Source of the DNA: an uncultured Gammaproteobacteria bacterium
GTDB lineage: Bacteria; Patescibacteriota; Microgenomatia; Daviesbacterales; UBA10151
DNA: 64,000 nucleotides
Assembly: GCA_964387865.1 (NCBI GenBank)
Contig: CAYLXC010000002.1
Location: 18,676-82,675, forward strand
Direction: 5' to 3'
The position numbers and the translations under genes are program-made. This document shows, in pieces, positions 37,850 to 48,225 of the stretch. Each line of letters begins with the position of its first letter. Positions within the stretch are counted from its first letter, which is position 1. Under the pieces are notes generated by a model that saw only the letters and a list, made by a program, of their open reading frames with translations, was not told the DNA's origin and made no database searches.

Positions 37850-40800
37850 ATGAGCTTAAGGATAAATATAACATTGCTGATACTCCTGCTCATTCCCACC
37901 TTGCTAGTCTTAATTTGGTTTAGACATGGTAATATTATGGCTACGGGGGAATCAGGAATTCCCTTCTATGATTTTAATATACAATTAAAAATTAACAAGG
38001 ATGCTTGGGCAGATTATACTCTAGGACATCCTACTAATATTGGTGTTGCTGCCACTCCTACGTACTGGTTCTTTGCAAGTTTGCAAAGCTTTGGAATTCC
38101 AGACTTCTTACTTCAAGCTTTTTTCTTTTGGTTGGTTTTAGTAATTTCCGGTATCAGTATTTTTTTATTATCCAAAGAACTTTTTAATAAATTAGATAGT
38201 AAATTTTTAATACTTGCTGTATTTTTTTATTGGTTTAACCCATTTGCCTTAGTTAACATTTGGAATAGATTTTTAAATAATTATTTTGTTTTTTATGCAT
38301 TTGTACCACTTGCGCTGCTTCTTTTCATAAAAGGGATCAGATTGCAAAGATATATTTATTCTATCTTGATAGGTCTTTTGTCTGCAATATTCTCTTATTC
38401 TCAAACATCTATGGCATTAAATGTAATATTTTGGTTAGTCCTATTTTATACCGCTATATTTTATATATTTGTAGAAAACAGCTGGATAAATAGATTCTTT
38501 ATAATTAAGTTTTTTATATTGACATTTATTTTTTGGTTTGTAGTTAATAGTTGGTGGATTAATCAAGTTTTTAATTATATATCATCAGGCAGTTTTGATG
38601 CTGTTTCTACAGGTTCCTTCACAGCAATTGGAAATTATCAAACATTCGCTAACTTAAGCGCAATACTTGGAAATATATCAGACCTAATTAGATTACGTCA
38701 TGACTATTTTTTTAACAATCCAGATATATCTTGGATAAAAATTTATAATTCCCCAATATTTACTTTATTTAATTTTTTTATGGCTATGCTAATTTCTATT
38801 CCCATCATTTTTATAAAAAATCGAGCAGTACTTTTTACTGGAGGATTATTTTTAATAGGTATTTTTTTAACTAAAGGTAATAATCCTCCTTTTGGTGAGA
38901 TCAATGACAGTGTGTTTTTGTTCTCCCCATTAATGCAGCTATTCAGAAATCCATTCGAGAAGTTTGGATTTATACTTGCTTTATCATCAACGCTTTTATT
39001 TATACAAGGCTCAAAATCTATATGCGATTTATTAAAAAATAAAGCCAGGGAACTATTTTATTTCTCTGTCGTTATAATAATTACTTTAGTTTGGGGAATA
39101 TCTTTTTGGACAGGTTCTGTATTCATAGGCGCAGAAAGACCAATCAATGATTCTAAGATAGGTTATCAGGTTAAGGTACCAGAGCATTACAAACAAGCAT
39201 CTGAATGGTTGAGATCCCAAAATGATGACTTTAGATTAATCGTTTTGCCAATAGGGGGGGAAGGGATAACTTATAAATGGGAAAAAGGTTATTCTGGGGT
39301 TGAATTAACTAATCAGTTGTTACCTAAAACTGCCATATCTTTTAGTACTAATATTCCGTTTTATGATGATGTTTCAAAAAATATTGAGAGATTATTTCTT
39401 ACAACAAACTTATTGCCATCCCTATCCAATGCACTAAACACAAAATATATATTATATAGACCAGATATAGACTGGGAGGTAAGGAAAATGAGAGATCCCA
39501 AAGTAGTACTCTCTAAATTGGAGGAAAAACAACAAAAAGGGGAATTAACAAAAGTTGCTCAATTTGGTGATTTGATTTTCTTTCAGATTACATCCAAGGA
39601 CAAAGAGGAGATTTATACAGCTAACACTACATTCTTAAGTTATTCAAAACCGAATATTTCTGATTTAGAATTCTCTCAAAGTAATTTGGTAATTAGTACG
39701 GGGAATAAAATAGATAAGATACCGAAAAATAAAATCGAGGGGGAAGTTATACACCCTAAGGCGCAATTTTTTTTAGATTATAAAAAAGAGCCTGTTTTTG
39801 AGATTAGACAAGATATTTTTCCGCATGTGGCAATTTTACCGAAACAAATAAGTTATCCTTTTGTTGTAATTAAAGATAGACTTAAGGAGGAAACCATTAA
39901 AGACAGAGAAGAATTATTGGAATATAGACTTGTTATTTTAGGAAAGAGATTGGTTGAGGCTAAGTTTTCAGCGGATTTAAATGATGAAGGCGGGATACGT
40001 ATAGCAATAGTTCATTACCATACACTTTTGGATAGGACAATTAGATTGCTTGAACAGCTTTATATGATTGATCAGGGAAATAAACAAGCTTCACTCCAAG
40101 GTAAGCTATACTTAATATTTTCAAGGCATGTTAAAGTTTTAGAAGATTTGCAAAATAGGTTTGGGCAAACTAGCAAAACAGGAGTAGAGGTAGAAAGTAC
40201 TTTAAAATTGCTAAAGACAAGTCTGATCCGAGCCCATATTTATCCCGCTTACGGTTTTTTGGAAGATTTAGAATTCCCGCTAAAAAGGAGAATGATATAT
40301 CATTTTGAAGTTAAAAAGAGCGGGGAATATGAGTTACTTTGGGATGAGAAGATATTGAATGGCTATTACAAAATATCTTCAGGCGATCAAATAGTGCTAC
40401 AAGTTGACGATGAACTTTCTAAAATGAATTTAAAAACTGATGGTAAAGGTCATGTCAGCTTAGGTAAAGTTTATTTTGAAGAAGGTAGTCACGAAATTGG
40501 ATTAAACTTGCCAGAGGAAATAAATCTTATAGAGGTTCCTTTAAGCATGAATTTTAAGGTTGATCATGGAAGTAAAGTTGATTACTTTCCGATCAAAAAT
40601 TACGATTCTTATTCAAGCTACAACATTAATTTTGATTATTGGATAAAAAAAGGCAATGGTGTTCAAATTTTAGTATACGATAAAAAGCCTGAAGATATAA
40701 TATCTACAACGAAGCCTCGTAAGGAGTCCGTAGTAGGACCGGATTTATATGATTATACACCTAAAAATTATTTTGGGTTGTTTAAACTATCTGAAGGTGC

Positions 40801-41338
40801 TGAAGAGGCAACTATTGCATTAGAAGTAATTCCTTGGAATGACTGCGAAACAATATTCTACTCTAACAGAAGGGAACGGTGCAAAACTGAGGATTTTAGG
40901 AGACCATACGATAAGACCACAGATGTTGATATCAGTAAACTGAGTGTAACGCGTAGCTTTTCTGATTTGCCAGTTTTAGTAAAAAAAGATCTAGTTGATA
41001 AATCTTTATCTCCCCAACACAAATTTAAGAAATTAGATACAACAACTTATCAGATAGAAATAAAGGAGGTCAAAAAACCCTTCTTTCTTGTTTTTTCCGA
41101 ATTGTTTGATCCGGGTTGGAGATTGATGGATACTGATGGAAAGATTTTAAATTATCAACACTTCTTGGCAAATGGTTATGCCAATGGTTGGTATATTGAT
41201 AGGATGGGTAATTTTCAAATAATCCTAAAATTTACTCCTCAAGATTTATTAAAATTGGGTGAAAAAATATCTTTCGTAGGAGTTTCTTTTGGATTAATAT
41301 TTGTAGCCTATGAAATTTGGTGGAGAAAAAATGCTTAA
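37850..41338 (+). CDS. Large AftD/YfhO-like GT-C membrane protein with expanded extracytoplasmic region
   Basis: YWFNP, LTKGNNPPFG, FRNPFEK, GGEGITYKWEKGYSGVEL, C-terminal FSELFDPGW...ANGYANGW and a terminal TM. Confidence 0.72.
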   Translation: MSLRINITLLILLLIPTLLVLIWFRHGNIMATGESGIPFYDFNIQLKINKDAWADYTLGHPTNIGVAATPTYWFFASLQSFGIPDFLLQAFFFWLVLVISGISIFLLSKELFNKLDSKFLILAVFFYWFNPFALVNIWNRFLNNYFVFYAFVPLALLLFIKGIRLQRYIYSILIGLLSAIFSYSQTSMALNVIFWLVLFYTAIFYIFVENSWINRFFIIKFFILTFIFWFVVNSWWINQVFNYISSGSFDAVSTGSFTAIGNYQTFANLSAILGNISDLIRLRHDYFFNNPDISWIKIYNSPIFTLFNFFMAMLISIPIIFIKNRAVLFTGGLFLIGIFLTKGNNPPFGEINDSVFLFSPLMQLFRNPFEKFGFILALSSTLLFIQGSKSICDLLKNKARELFYFSVVIIITLVWGISFWTGSVFIGAERPINDSKIGYQVKVPEHYKQASEWLRSQNDDFRLIVLPIGGEGITYKWEKGYSGVELTNQLLPKTAISFSTNIPFYDDVSKNIERLFLTTNLLPSLSNALNTKYILYRPDIDWEVRKMRDPKVVLSKLEEKQQKGELTKVAQFGDLIFFQITSKDKEEIYTANTTFLSYSKPNISDLEFSQSNLVISTGNKIDKIPKNKIEGEVIHPKAQFFLDYKKEPVFEIRQDIFPHVAILPKQISYPFVVIKDRLKEETIKDREELLEYRLVILGKRLVEAKFSADLNDEGGIRIAIVHYHTLLDRTIRLLEQLYMIDQGNKQASLQGKLYLIFSRHVKVLEDLQNRFGQTSKTGVEVESTLKLLKTSLIRAHIYPAYGFLEDLEFPLKRRMIYHFEVKKSGEYELLWDEKILNGYYKISSGDQIVLQVDDELSKMNLKTDGKGHVSLGKVYFEEGSHEIGLNLPEEINLIEVPLSMNFKVDHGSKVDYFPIKNYDSYSSYNINFDYWIKKGNGVQILVYDKKPEDIISTTKPRKESVVGPDLYDYTPKNYFGLFKLSEGAEEATIALEVIPWNDCETIFYSNRRERCKTEDFRRPYDKTTDVDISKLSVTRSFSDLPVLVKKDLVDKSLSPQHKFKKLDTTTYQIEIKEVKKPFFLVFSELFDPGWRLMDTDGKILNYQHFLANGYANGWYIDRMGNFQIILKFTPQDLLKLGEKISFVGVSFGLIFVAYEIWWRKNA

Positions 41339-41648
41339 GATAATTAAAATTAGTTTACCTTTGATTTGGTTTTCAGGGATTGTTTATCTTCTTATTAGCT
41401 CTTTAATTGAGAATCGTTTCCTTGAGGAATATATTTATTGGTTAGTTTTGATAGGCTTAATTTTTTTTATATGGTTATGGAAGAGAAACAGCAAATTTTC
41501 ATTGTATTCTTCTTTTACTCTATTTTTAATTTCTGCACTAATTGTGACCTTTGGTTTTAAAGATATCGGGGAATTTATAATGAGGTTAAGTTTTATTTTT
41601 TTGTTGGTAGGTTACATTCAATCATTGGTAGAGTATAAAAGGGAGTAG
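41331..41648 (+). CDS. Small membrane protein (about 4 TM)
   Basis: GGAG-preceded ATG at 41331 overlapping the upstream gene end. Similar to 6211..6420. Confidence 0.75.
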   Translation: MLKIIKISLPLIWFSGIVYLLISSLIENRFLEEYIYWLVLIGLIFFIWLWKRNSKFSLYSSFTLFLISALIVTFGFKDIGEFIMRLSFIFLLVGYIQSLVEYKRE

Positions 41649-41655
41649 TGTTTCG

Positions 41656-41826
41656 ATGAAAAGTAAATACTTATTTTCGGTATTTCTATTAGGTCTTCTC
41701 ATAAGTTTTGTCTCGCTAATTTTAGATCATCCAGGTTTTGCTTTGCGGATTGTTATTTACAATTACTTCATATTGAGTTTAGCGGTAGTAGTGTATATAT
41801 GGGAGATAAAGAAAAATGAAAAATAA
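41656..41826 (+). CDS. Small 56-aa two-TM protein (absent from the ORF track)
   Basis: Manual translation MKSKYLFSVFLLGLLISFVSLILDHPGFALRIVIYNYFILSLAVVVYIWEIKKNEK*. It fills the gap between two co-oriented genes and overlaps the next start at 41816. Confidence 0.7.
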   Translation: MKSKYLFSVFLLGLLISFVSLILDHPGFALRIVIYNYFILSLAVVVYIWEIKKNEK

Positions 41827-44455
41827 TAAAATATTCCCAATTTTAATTTTGGCCATTTTCTTAATCTTTATTTACTGGAAGTGGTGGTTGCCCGGACCAA
41901 GGGTGGCTAATGATTTTTCGTTTACCTCCAATTCTTTACTTAAATCTTTAGCGGACTTTCCTTATGTATGGATGGAAAAAGCATCAGAGGGTTTAGGTGA
42001 ATATACTATTTTTACTCTTTGGTCTTATCCTTTAAATTTCATTTCCGGTGTTTTGGCAAATCTTGGTCTTGGTTTTGTTATACAAGAAAGGATTCTTTTT
42101 CTAATACCAATTTTACTATTTGGAGCATGGGGTATTTGGAGGCTTTTTGGAAAAGTAAATGTATCAAGTTATGCAAAACTTGTTGCTACTTTATTTTATT
42201 TAGCCAACACCTATATTCTGCTTTTAATTGATGGAGGACAATTTAATGTTGCTTTGGCGTACTCCTTTTTTCCAATAAGCTTTGTAGCTGTGGAGCAATC
42301 GGTCAAGGGAGGTTTGAGGAGTAAAATTTTGGCAGGTTTGATAGTATTCGTATTAGGATTTTTTGATATTAGATTTATTTATATCTTGTTTTTTTTAAGT
42401 TTCTTGCGGTTCTTATACCAGCCAACGAATATCCTGAGTTGGATAAAAAGCGGGTTTTCTATTACCGTAATTTTGATGGGACTAAATGCTTATTGGCTTC
42501 TGCCTTACCTTAAGGTACCACTTTCTGAGACTACTTATGCTTTCTTAACAGAAACCTCTTCCATAAGTTTCACTAATTTGGGGCATGGAATTCTTCTTCT
42601 TGCGCCACATTGGCATAAGAATGTTTTTGGCCAAATTACCCCTTTAAGATGGGAGTTTATGTTTATACCAATCTTAGTTTTTCTTGCTCCAATCTTAGGG
42701 AAAAGAAGTAATAAGATCGGTTTTTGGCTTTTGGTGGCCTTAATTTCTACTTTTTTAGTTAAGGGTACCTCTGAACCTTTTACTCAAGTTTATCTGTGGC
42801 TTTTTCACAACCTGCCAGGTTTTTCATTATTTCGAGACCCTAGCAAATTTTTCTTTTTAGTAACTCTGTCGTATAGCGTCTTAATGGCTATATCTTTGGA
42901 TGTGATTATAAAAAAATTGGCTCATTGGTCAAAAATTAAATTTTTATTCATATCATCAGTAATTTTTTATCTAATTTTTCTTGTTAGGCCAGTGTGGCTA
43001 GGGCAGATGACTGGAACATTTTCTCAGCCTCTTTTTGAGAAAGAATATTCTCAACTAGATCAAATTTTGGCACAAGATCAGAAATTTAGTCGCGTATTTT
43101 GGATGCCTACTATTGCACCTTTAACCCGGCAAATTTTAGAACATCCTTCTTTAGAAGCTGCCCGTTTAGTCGGCAAAAGGCCTTTTGCCGTTGGAACTGT
43201 CGGTACATATGAAACATTTAATTTTTTAAGAGAAGCTCCCTTTATGGGAGAAATTTTTGATGTGGCTGGTATAGGTTATATAGCATATCCCTATCTCGAT
43301 AAAAGAAGAGATAATTTACACTCAGATAATATTAGATATTATTATACTTTCTCAGATCAATTATCTAAACTTTCTTGGTTAGCAAAAGTAGATAATGTAC
43401 CAATGCCTTTATGGAAAGTCAGCCAGCATCAAGGTAAGTTTTTTATTACCCCCAATGTATGGTGGATTATAGGATCAGACAGTATTTACAATGAGGCAAC
43501 TAAAAGTGCTCAACTTAAACTTTTCAAGAACGCTTTAATATTTACTGAAGAACGTGCAGGATTAGGAAAGAGATTAGATGAATTACCACAGGCAAAAGTT
43601 GTCCTCAACCGTAAGACTTTGATTGATTTTGCCGCCAGCTTTATTGACCCATCAAGAATAATCTTTCCAGCAAGGAATCTTGGAGTTAGTCCTGATCAAT
43701 CAGGGTGGTGGAAGAGGGAAGCTAAAGATTTGATAAGCTGGAGAGATTTCCTGCAAGCCGAATATGGCATAGATAATTTGGATTTTGATTTAGGTGGAGG
43801 TTGGGCTGTAGGAGAGGGAAATTTAAAATTAAAAGTTAAAAGTGAAAAATTAAAGCAAAAACAGGTTTTATTGGTTCGAACCCTTGAAAGTACTCGGAGC
43901 GGACAATTAAGTTTTTATCAAGATGATAAATTAATTGGACAAATAAATACCAGAAAAGAAGGAAATAATGTTAGGTGGTTTGAGGTAGGCCAGCTGATCG
44001 AAGATGGCGAACTGATAATGAAATCAGAAGGTGATATTAATGTGGTTAATGCATTAGCTGTGTTAGATAAAAAGGAGTGGATTGTAATTCAAAATAAAGC
44101 AAAGGAAAAACAAAATAGAATTGCTAATTTTGATGAGAAGAATACTCAACAAGCTCTCCCAAGTGTGACATATCAGCAAATAAATTCTACTAAATATAGA
44201 GTCTCCATCAATAACTTGACTCAACCAAGTTTTATTGTTTTTTCTCAAAGTTATGACAATGGCTGGAAAATGGATGGTGAAAAATCACTACCGGCTTATA
44301 GTCTGCTTAATGGATTTAGAATAGAGAAAGATGGTACTTATGAGGTAAGGTTTGTACCTCAGAGCTGGGTTTATCCAGGTCTAATAATATCAGGGATCTC
44401 CTTTTTTGTTCTAATAGTTGTTTTAACTATGTCCAAAGTTAGAAGTAGGAGCTGA
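41816..44455 (+). CDS. AftD/YfhO-like GT-C membrane protein
   Basis: LNAYWLLP, LVKGTSEPF, LPGFSLFRDPSKF, C-terminal FSQSYDNGW...YSLLNGF and a terminal TM. Confidence 0.72.
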   Translation: MKNNKIFPILILAIFLIFIYWKWWLPGPRVANDFSFTSNSLLKSLADFPYVWMEKASEGLGEYTIFTLWSYPLNFISGVLANLGLGFVIQERILFLIPILLFGAWGIWRLFGKVNVSSYAKLVATLFYLANTYILLLIDGGQFNVALAYSFFPISFVAVEQSVKGGLRSKILAGLIVFVLGFFDIRFIYILFFLSFLRFLYQPTNILSWIKSGFSITVILMGLNAYWLLPYLKVPLSETTYAFLTETSSISFTNLGHGILLLAPHWHKNVFGQITPLRWEFMFIPILVFLAPILGKRSNKIGFWLLVALISTFLVKGTSEPFTQVYLWLFHNLPGFSLFRDPSKFFFLVTLSYSVLMAISLDVIIKKLAHWSKIKFLFISSVIFYLIFLVRPVWLGQMTGTFSQPLFEKEYSQLDQILAQDQKFSRVFWMPTIAPLTRQILEHPSLEAARLVGKRPFAVGTVGTYETFNFLREAPFMGEIFDVAGIGYIAYPYLDKRRDNLHSDNIRYYYTFSDQLSKLSWLAKVDNVPMPLWKVSQHQGKFFITPNVWWIIGSDSIYNEATKSAQLKLFKNALIFTEERAGLGKRLDELPQAKVVLNRKTLIDFAASFIDPSRIIFPARNLGVSPDQSGWWKREAKDLISWRDFLQAEYGIDNLDFDLGGGWAVGEGNLKLKVKSEKLKQKQVLLVRTLESTRSGQLSFYQDDKLIGQINTRKEGNNVRWFEVGQLIEDGELIMKSEGDINVVNALAVLDKKEWIVIQNKAKEKQNRIANFDEKNTQQALPSVTYQQINSTKYRVSINNLTQPSFIVFSQSYDNGWKMDGEKSLPAYSLLNGFRIEKDGTYEVRFVPQSWVYPGLIISGISFFVLIVVLTMSKVRSRS
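43820..43854 (+). repeat. Degenerate 7-nt tandem repeat x5 inside a CDS
   Basis: aatttaa aattaaa agttaaa agtgaaa aattaaa (encodes NLKLKVKSEKLK). Confidence 0.55.
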
Positions 44456-44461
44456 TATAAT
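44453..44461 (+). promoter_or_regulatory. Putative extended -10 (TGaTATAAT) 6 nt upstream of ATG 44468
   Basis: TGATATAAT-gaaatc-ATG. The TGA is also the stop codon of the upstream gene. Confidence 0.55.
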
Positions 44462-44467
44462 GAAATC

Positions 44468-47400
44468 ATGCTTAAATCTGGTGTTCTATTTTTACTTATT
44501 GCCTTAGTTTTAGTCACAATTTGGTTTAGACAGGGATTAATCTTTGGTGGAGCAGAGGTAGGCATACTTACCTATAATCCTAAAAGGTTTTTGGAGATAC
44601 AACAGTACATTTGGTGGGGTGCTGTAGCCCCTGGGATGCTTGTTCCTCACTTTACTACTGGTGTTCCCCTTTACCTTGTATTGTCTCTAATACAAGGTAT
44701 ATTTTCTCTGGTGATTTTACAAGCTGGAATTTTTTTCTGCTTACTCTTTCTGATGGGTTACGGAATGTATCTTTTCTCTCTTGCCATATTTGGTACAGAT
44801 AAGAAACTTTATGCCCTACTGGCTGGAATTTTTTACATGTTTAATTCCTATACAGTAGTTGAGATCTGGCACCGCTTTTTATATACCGGTTTTTTCCTTG
44901 CTGCCTTTCTGCCTTTCTTTGCTCTTTTTTGGAAGAAGTGGATAAATAAGGGTCAATTCTTATTTTTAGTTCTTTTTCTGCTGACTAGTTTAATCTCTTC
45001 TTACATGTTTGGAAATTTAGCGTCTATCTTGACTGTGTGGTTACTGATACTGCTTATTACTATTTCTGATGCAATTTTTCCTTTAAGAAAAAATGAACTA
45101 ATTAAAATAGGTTTGAGATTCTTTTTAGGAGTTTTTTTCTGGTTGGTTACTAATGTTTGGTGGTTAATTCCTGTTTTAGGAGTTTCAACAGGTTTACTAC
45201 CTGAGCAACATTCCAGCGAAGACAACATCAATACTTTAATAAATATAGGCAAACAAACAATACTTCCCTTTACGCTTCAGTTTGCTAACCCTTTCTATCT
45301 TTTTTACACTGCTGAGCTGGGACAAATTTACAACAGTTTATTTTTTAAAATTCTTCCTTGGATTCCAACTATAATTATTTTTAGTGGTCTTTTAGCTGCC
45401 TTTAAACAAAAAAATTTGGCCAAATTTTCACTGATTTATCTTTTAGTAATAATATTTTCCAAGGGGCCCACTTCACCTTTTGGTTACCCTTATATATGGA
45501 GTTTTATGAACATTTATGCCTTAGGAGTGATAAGGAATCCCTTTGAGAAATTAGGAATTTTGTTACCCTTTTTTGGCAGTATTCTTTTTGTAGTAGGAGT
45601 GACTTTGGTTTACTCTTGGGGTATTAAAAAAATTGGATTATTAGGTTCCAGATTTTTAATTGCTGTAAGTTTATTATCCATATTAGTTTATGCTTGGCCT
45701 ATGTTTACAGGTAAGGTGATTAGTAAACCCTTGGAGCCGTTACAAGTTAGTATCCCGTCTTATTACAAACAAGCAGATGATTTTCTTAAAAATCAGATAG
45801 AAAAAGAAGGCAATATCTTGCACTTACCTTTTTCAGGAAGAGATGTAGTTACCTACAATTGGCAAAATGGTTACCATGGAGTTGATATAAATCAAATTTT
45901 ATTTAGCTCTTCGCCTTCCATATCCAGAAACATGGGGCTTAAAAGAGTAGATGATACTTTAAAAAGCCTGACTTTAGTATTTAGTAACCCCCTTTCAAAA
46001 AAAGAGGATTTAGTCATAAGACTTTTACAAGATCTGAATGTTAAATTTATAGTACTCCATAAAGAGGTAAAATGGACAGATATATCTACTTATGGCAAAG
46101 ATATTAGGTTGATTAATCCTCAAGAAATCGAAGCGACTTTAAACGGTTATGACTTTTTAGAGAGACAAATAAGTTTTGGAGATTTAATTATTTATAAGCT
46201 GAAAGATAATTCTTTTAAAGGCAAAATTGCCTTCTCTGAGACTGCCAGCTTAGTTTATCCGGGAGAAAGTAGTTATCTGCAAATAAATACATTTACTGAT
46301 AAAGACAATATAATTACAACTCAAAGTAATAATCTTTCTGAACAAACTTTATCAAAAATTAAAGATATTTTTCTCTTTCCAGAAAGTAGCCTAAATTATT
46401 CGGTAGCTTCTGAGAGCGCCATAATAGATTTGATAAACAATCATGATTCCTTGATAAATCAGTTAACCTTTATGAAAAATTATTTTTCCCAAACAGGGCT
46501 ATTGATGAGTGAGGAGTTAACAGAAAAGATTTTAAAAGCAACCGAAAAATTACTTAAAATTTCTAACTCAGGATTGATATCATTTGAGACTTATGAGAAT
46601 TCACTGAATGATATATTTAAAAATAATTTTAAAGATATAAGTCTATTAAAACTATTTAAGTCCCAAATAATTAATACTTTTTATCTGCATTCGTATATTC
46701 TAGAAAAATCGAGTAAAGGGCATTCTGCGAGGAAAATTTTAATGGAGGGTTTAAAGGAGAATGATTTGTTACCCCTTTACTTACAATCCAATATTATATC
46801 TGAGGAGGAAATAAATAAGAGAATAGCTCGATTTAAAGTTCCGTTCAAATCAAAGTATGAAATTTTAATAGTTCCTCCTAGGATTGCAGATTTATACGCT
46901 GATTTTTTACCTAAATTAGATGTTCGAGTAAATGATAACACTTTAGAAACTAAAGGTAAACTGGATAAAAATATTATTTCATTTGGAGAGTTTGATTTTG
47001 ATGAAAATACATATGAAATAAGTTACAATTCACTCCTTTCATTTAATTTATTACCTTCCATTGATAAAATCTTAAAGATGGGAAATGTAGAGCTTAAGGA
47101 AGGTAGTGTACATCTAATCTCTGGCGAGCAAGAGATAGCTTATTTAGAAGCTCCTTTGAGGGGAGTTAGTGGCAATGATGTCTACAATATTACCTTTGAT
47201 GTGTTATTTGAGATGGGAAATGAGTTTTATATAGAAATAATGCAAGAGAGTGAAGACTTCGATAACCAAAAGGAATATCAAACAATTCAATCAAATGAAT
47301 GTTTTGTGCATACTTGTTATCCCATAAAATTAGATCCTAGTAAAAGTGGTTGGCAAAAATATTCTCTTTTGACATCGCCTCTAAATCCTATCAGTCAAAG

Positions 47401-47893
47401 AGCAAATTTTAGAATTATAGTATTTTCCAAATTTGAAAATTCTCAAAAAATCCATGGAGATATTTTCATTAAAAACTTACAAGTAAACAAAGTCTTTGAT
47501 GGAGAAGTCGTTTTAAGAAAGAAAGTATCGAAAAGCTTAGGAAATTCCTCAGGCGAGCTAATTACCATAAATCATCAAACACCAATATCTTATTTTGGGA
47601 AAATTAAATTAAATCAACCTTCATTTCTTCTGTTTAAAGAGACCTTTCACCCTGGATGGAGTTTAACACTTACCCAAGGTGATAACCTTTATAAGATAGA
47701 TAAACACTTTATGGGCAATCTATATGCTAACTCTTATTTTATAGAAAAAGTAGGAGAGTATGATTTTAAACTTGAATTTGAACCGCAAAAGGGGGTAGTG
47801 AGGGGACTTTTGATAACACTGTTAGGATGGGTTATCGTACTTATGATTTTTATTTGGTCACAATTCAGAGGGAGAAAGTATGAAAGAGACTAA
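44468..47893 (+). CDS. Large AftD/YfhO-like GT-C membrane protein with expanded extracytoplasmic region
   Basis: YMFNS, NVWWLIP, SKGPTSPFG, IRNPFEK, C-terminal FKETFHPGW...GNLYANSY and a terminal TM. Confidence 0.72.
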   Translation: MLKSGVLFLLIALVLVTIWFRQGLIFGGAEVGILTYNPKRFLEIQQYIWWGAVAPGMLVPHFTTGVPLYLVLSLIQGIFSLVILQAGIFFCLLFLMGYGMYLFSLAIFGTDKKLYALLAGIFYMFNSYTVVEIWHRFLYTGFFLAAFLPFFALFWKKWINKGQFLFLVLFLLTSLISSYMFGNLASILTVWLLILLITISDAIFPLRKNELIKIGLRFFLGVFFWLVTNVWWLIPVLGVSTGLLPEQHSSEDNINTLINIGKQTILPFTLQFANPFYLFYTAELGQIYNSLFFKILPWIPTIIIFSGLLAAFKQKNLAKFSLIYLLVIIFSKGPTSPFGYPYIWSFMNIYALGVIRNPFEKLGILLPFFGSILFVVGVTLVYSWGIKKIGLLGSRFLIAVSLLSILVYAWPMFTGKVISKPLEPLQVSIPSYYKQADDFLKNQIEKEGNILHLPFSGRDVVTYNWQNGYHGVDINQILFSSSPSISRNMGLKRVDDTLKSLTLVFSNPLSKKEDLVIRLLQDLNVKFIVLHKEVKWTDISTYGKDIRLINPQEIEATLNGYDFLERQISFGDLIIYKLKDNSFKGKIAFSETASLVYPGESSYLQINTFTDKDNIITTQSNNLSEQTLSKIKDIFLFPESSLNYSVASESAIIDLINNHDSLINQLTFMKNYFSQTGLLMSEELTEKILKATEKLLKISNSGLISFETYENSLNDIFKNNFKDISLLKLFKSQIINTFYLHSYILEKSSKGHSARKILMEGLKENDLLPLYLQSNIISEEEINKRIARFKVPFKSKYEILIVPPRIADLYADFLPKLDVRVNDNTLETKGKLDKNIISFGEFDFDENTYEISYNSLLSFNLLPSIDKILKMGNVELKEGSVHLISGEQEIAYLEAPLRGVSGNDVYNITFDVLFEMGNEFYIEIMQESEDFDNQKEYQTIQSNECFVHTCYPIKLDPSKSGWQKYSLLTSPLNPISQRANFRIIVFSKFENSQKIHGDIFIKNLQVNKVFDGEVVLRKKVSKSLGNSSGELITINHQTPISYFGKIKLNQPSFLLFKETFHPGWSLTLTQGDNLYKIDKHFMGNLYANSYFIEKVGEYDFKLEFEPQKGVVRGLLITLLGWVIVLMIFIWSQFRGRKYERD

Positions 47894-48221
47894 AAAGATT
47901 TTTATTGCTCTAGTTTTGGTAATAATACTTACCATTATATTTACTATTTTAGACTCTGGGCTACGTATCAAGCAATTGAACTTACTAATTCAACCATTAA
48001 TTTTTGCCCTCGTAGCTACAATTAGCTTTCTTTTTGGATCATACAGAAAATTGCTTTTATTTTTTTCCGCCAATTTACTATCTTTAATGATTATTACTTA
48101 CCTATTTAACCTACTTGATGCTGCTAATTGGGTAGGAAGTTTGGGTTTTGGCATACTAATTATTGTTTTTTGTTCCTACATTCCAGTATTAATTAAAAGG
48201 GATCATATTGAAAAATTTTAA
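47880..48221 (+). CDS. Small membrane protein (about 4 TM)
   Basis: 113 aa and hydrophobic. Start overlaps the end of the AftD-like gene. Confidence 0.72.
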   Translation: MKETKKIFIALVLVIILTIIFTILDSGLRIKQLNLLIQPLIFALVATISFLFGSYRKLLLFFSANLLSLMIITYLFNLLDAANWVGSLGFGILIIVFCSYIPVLIKRDHIEKF

Positions 48222-48225
48222 ATTT

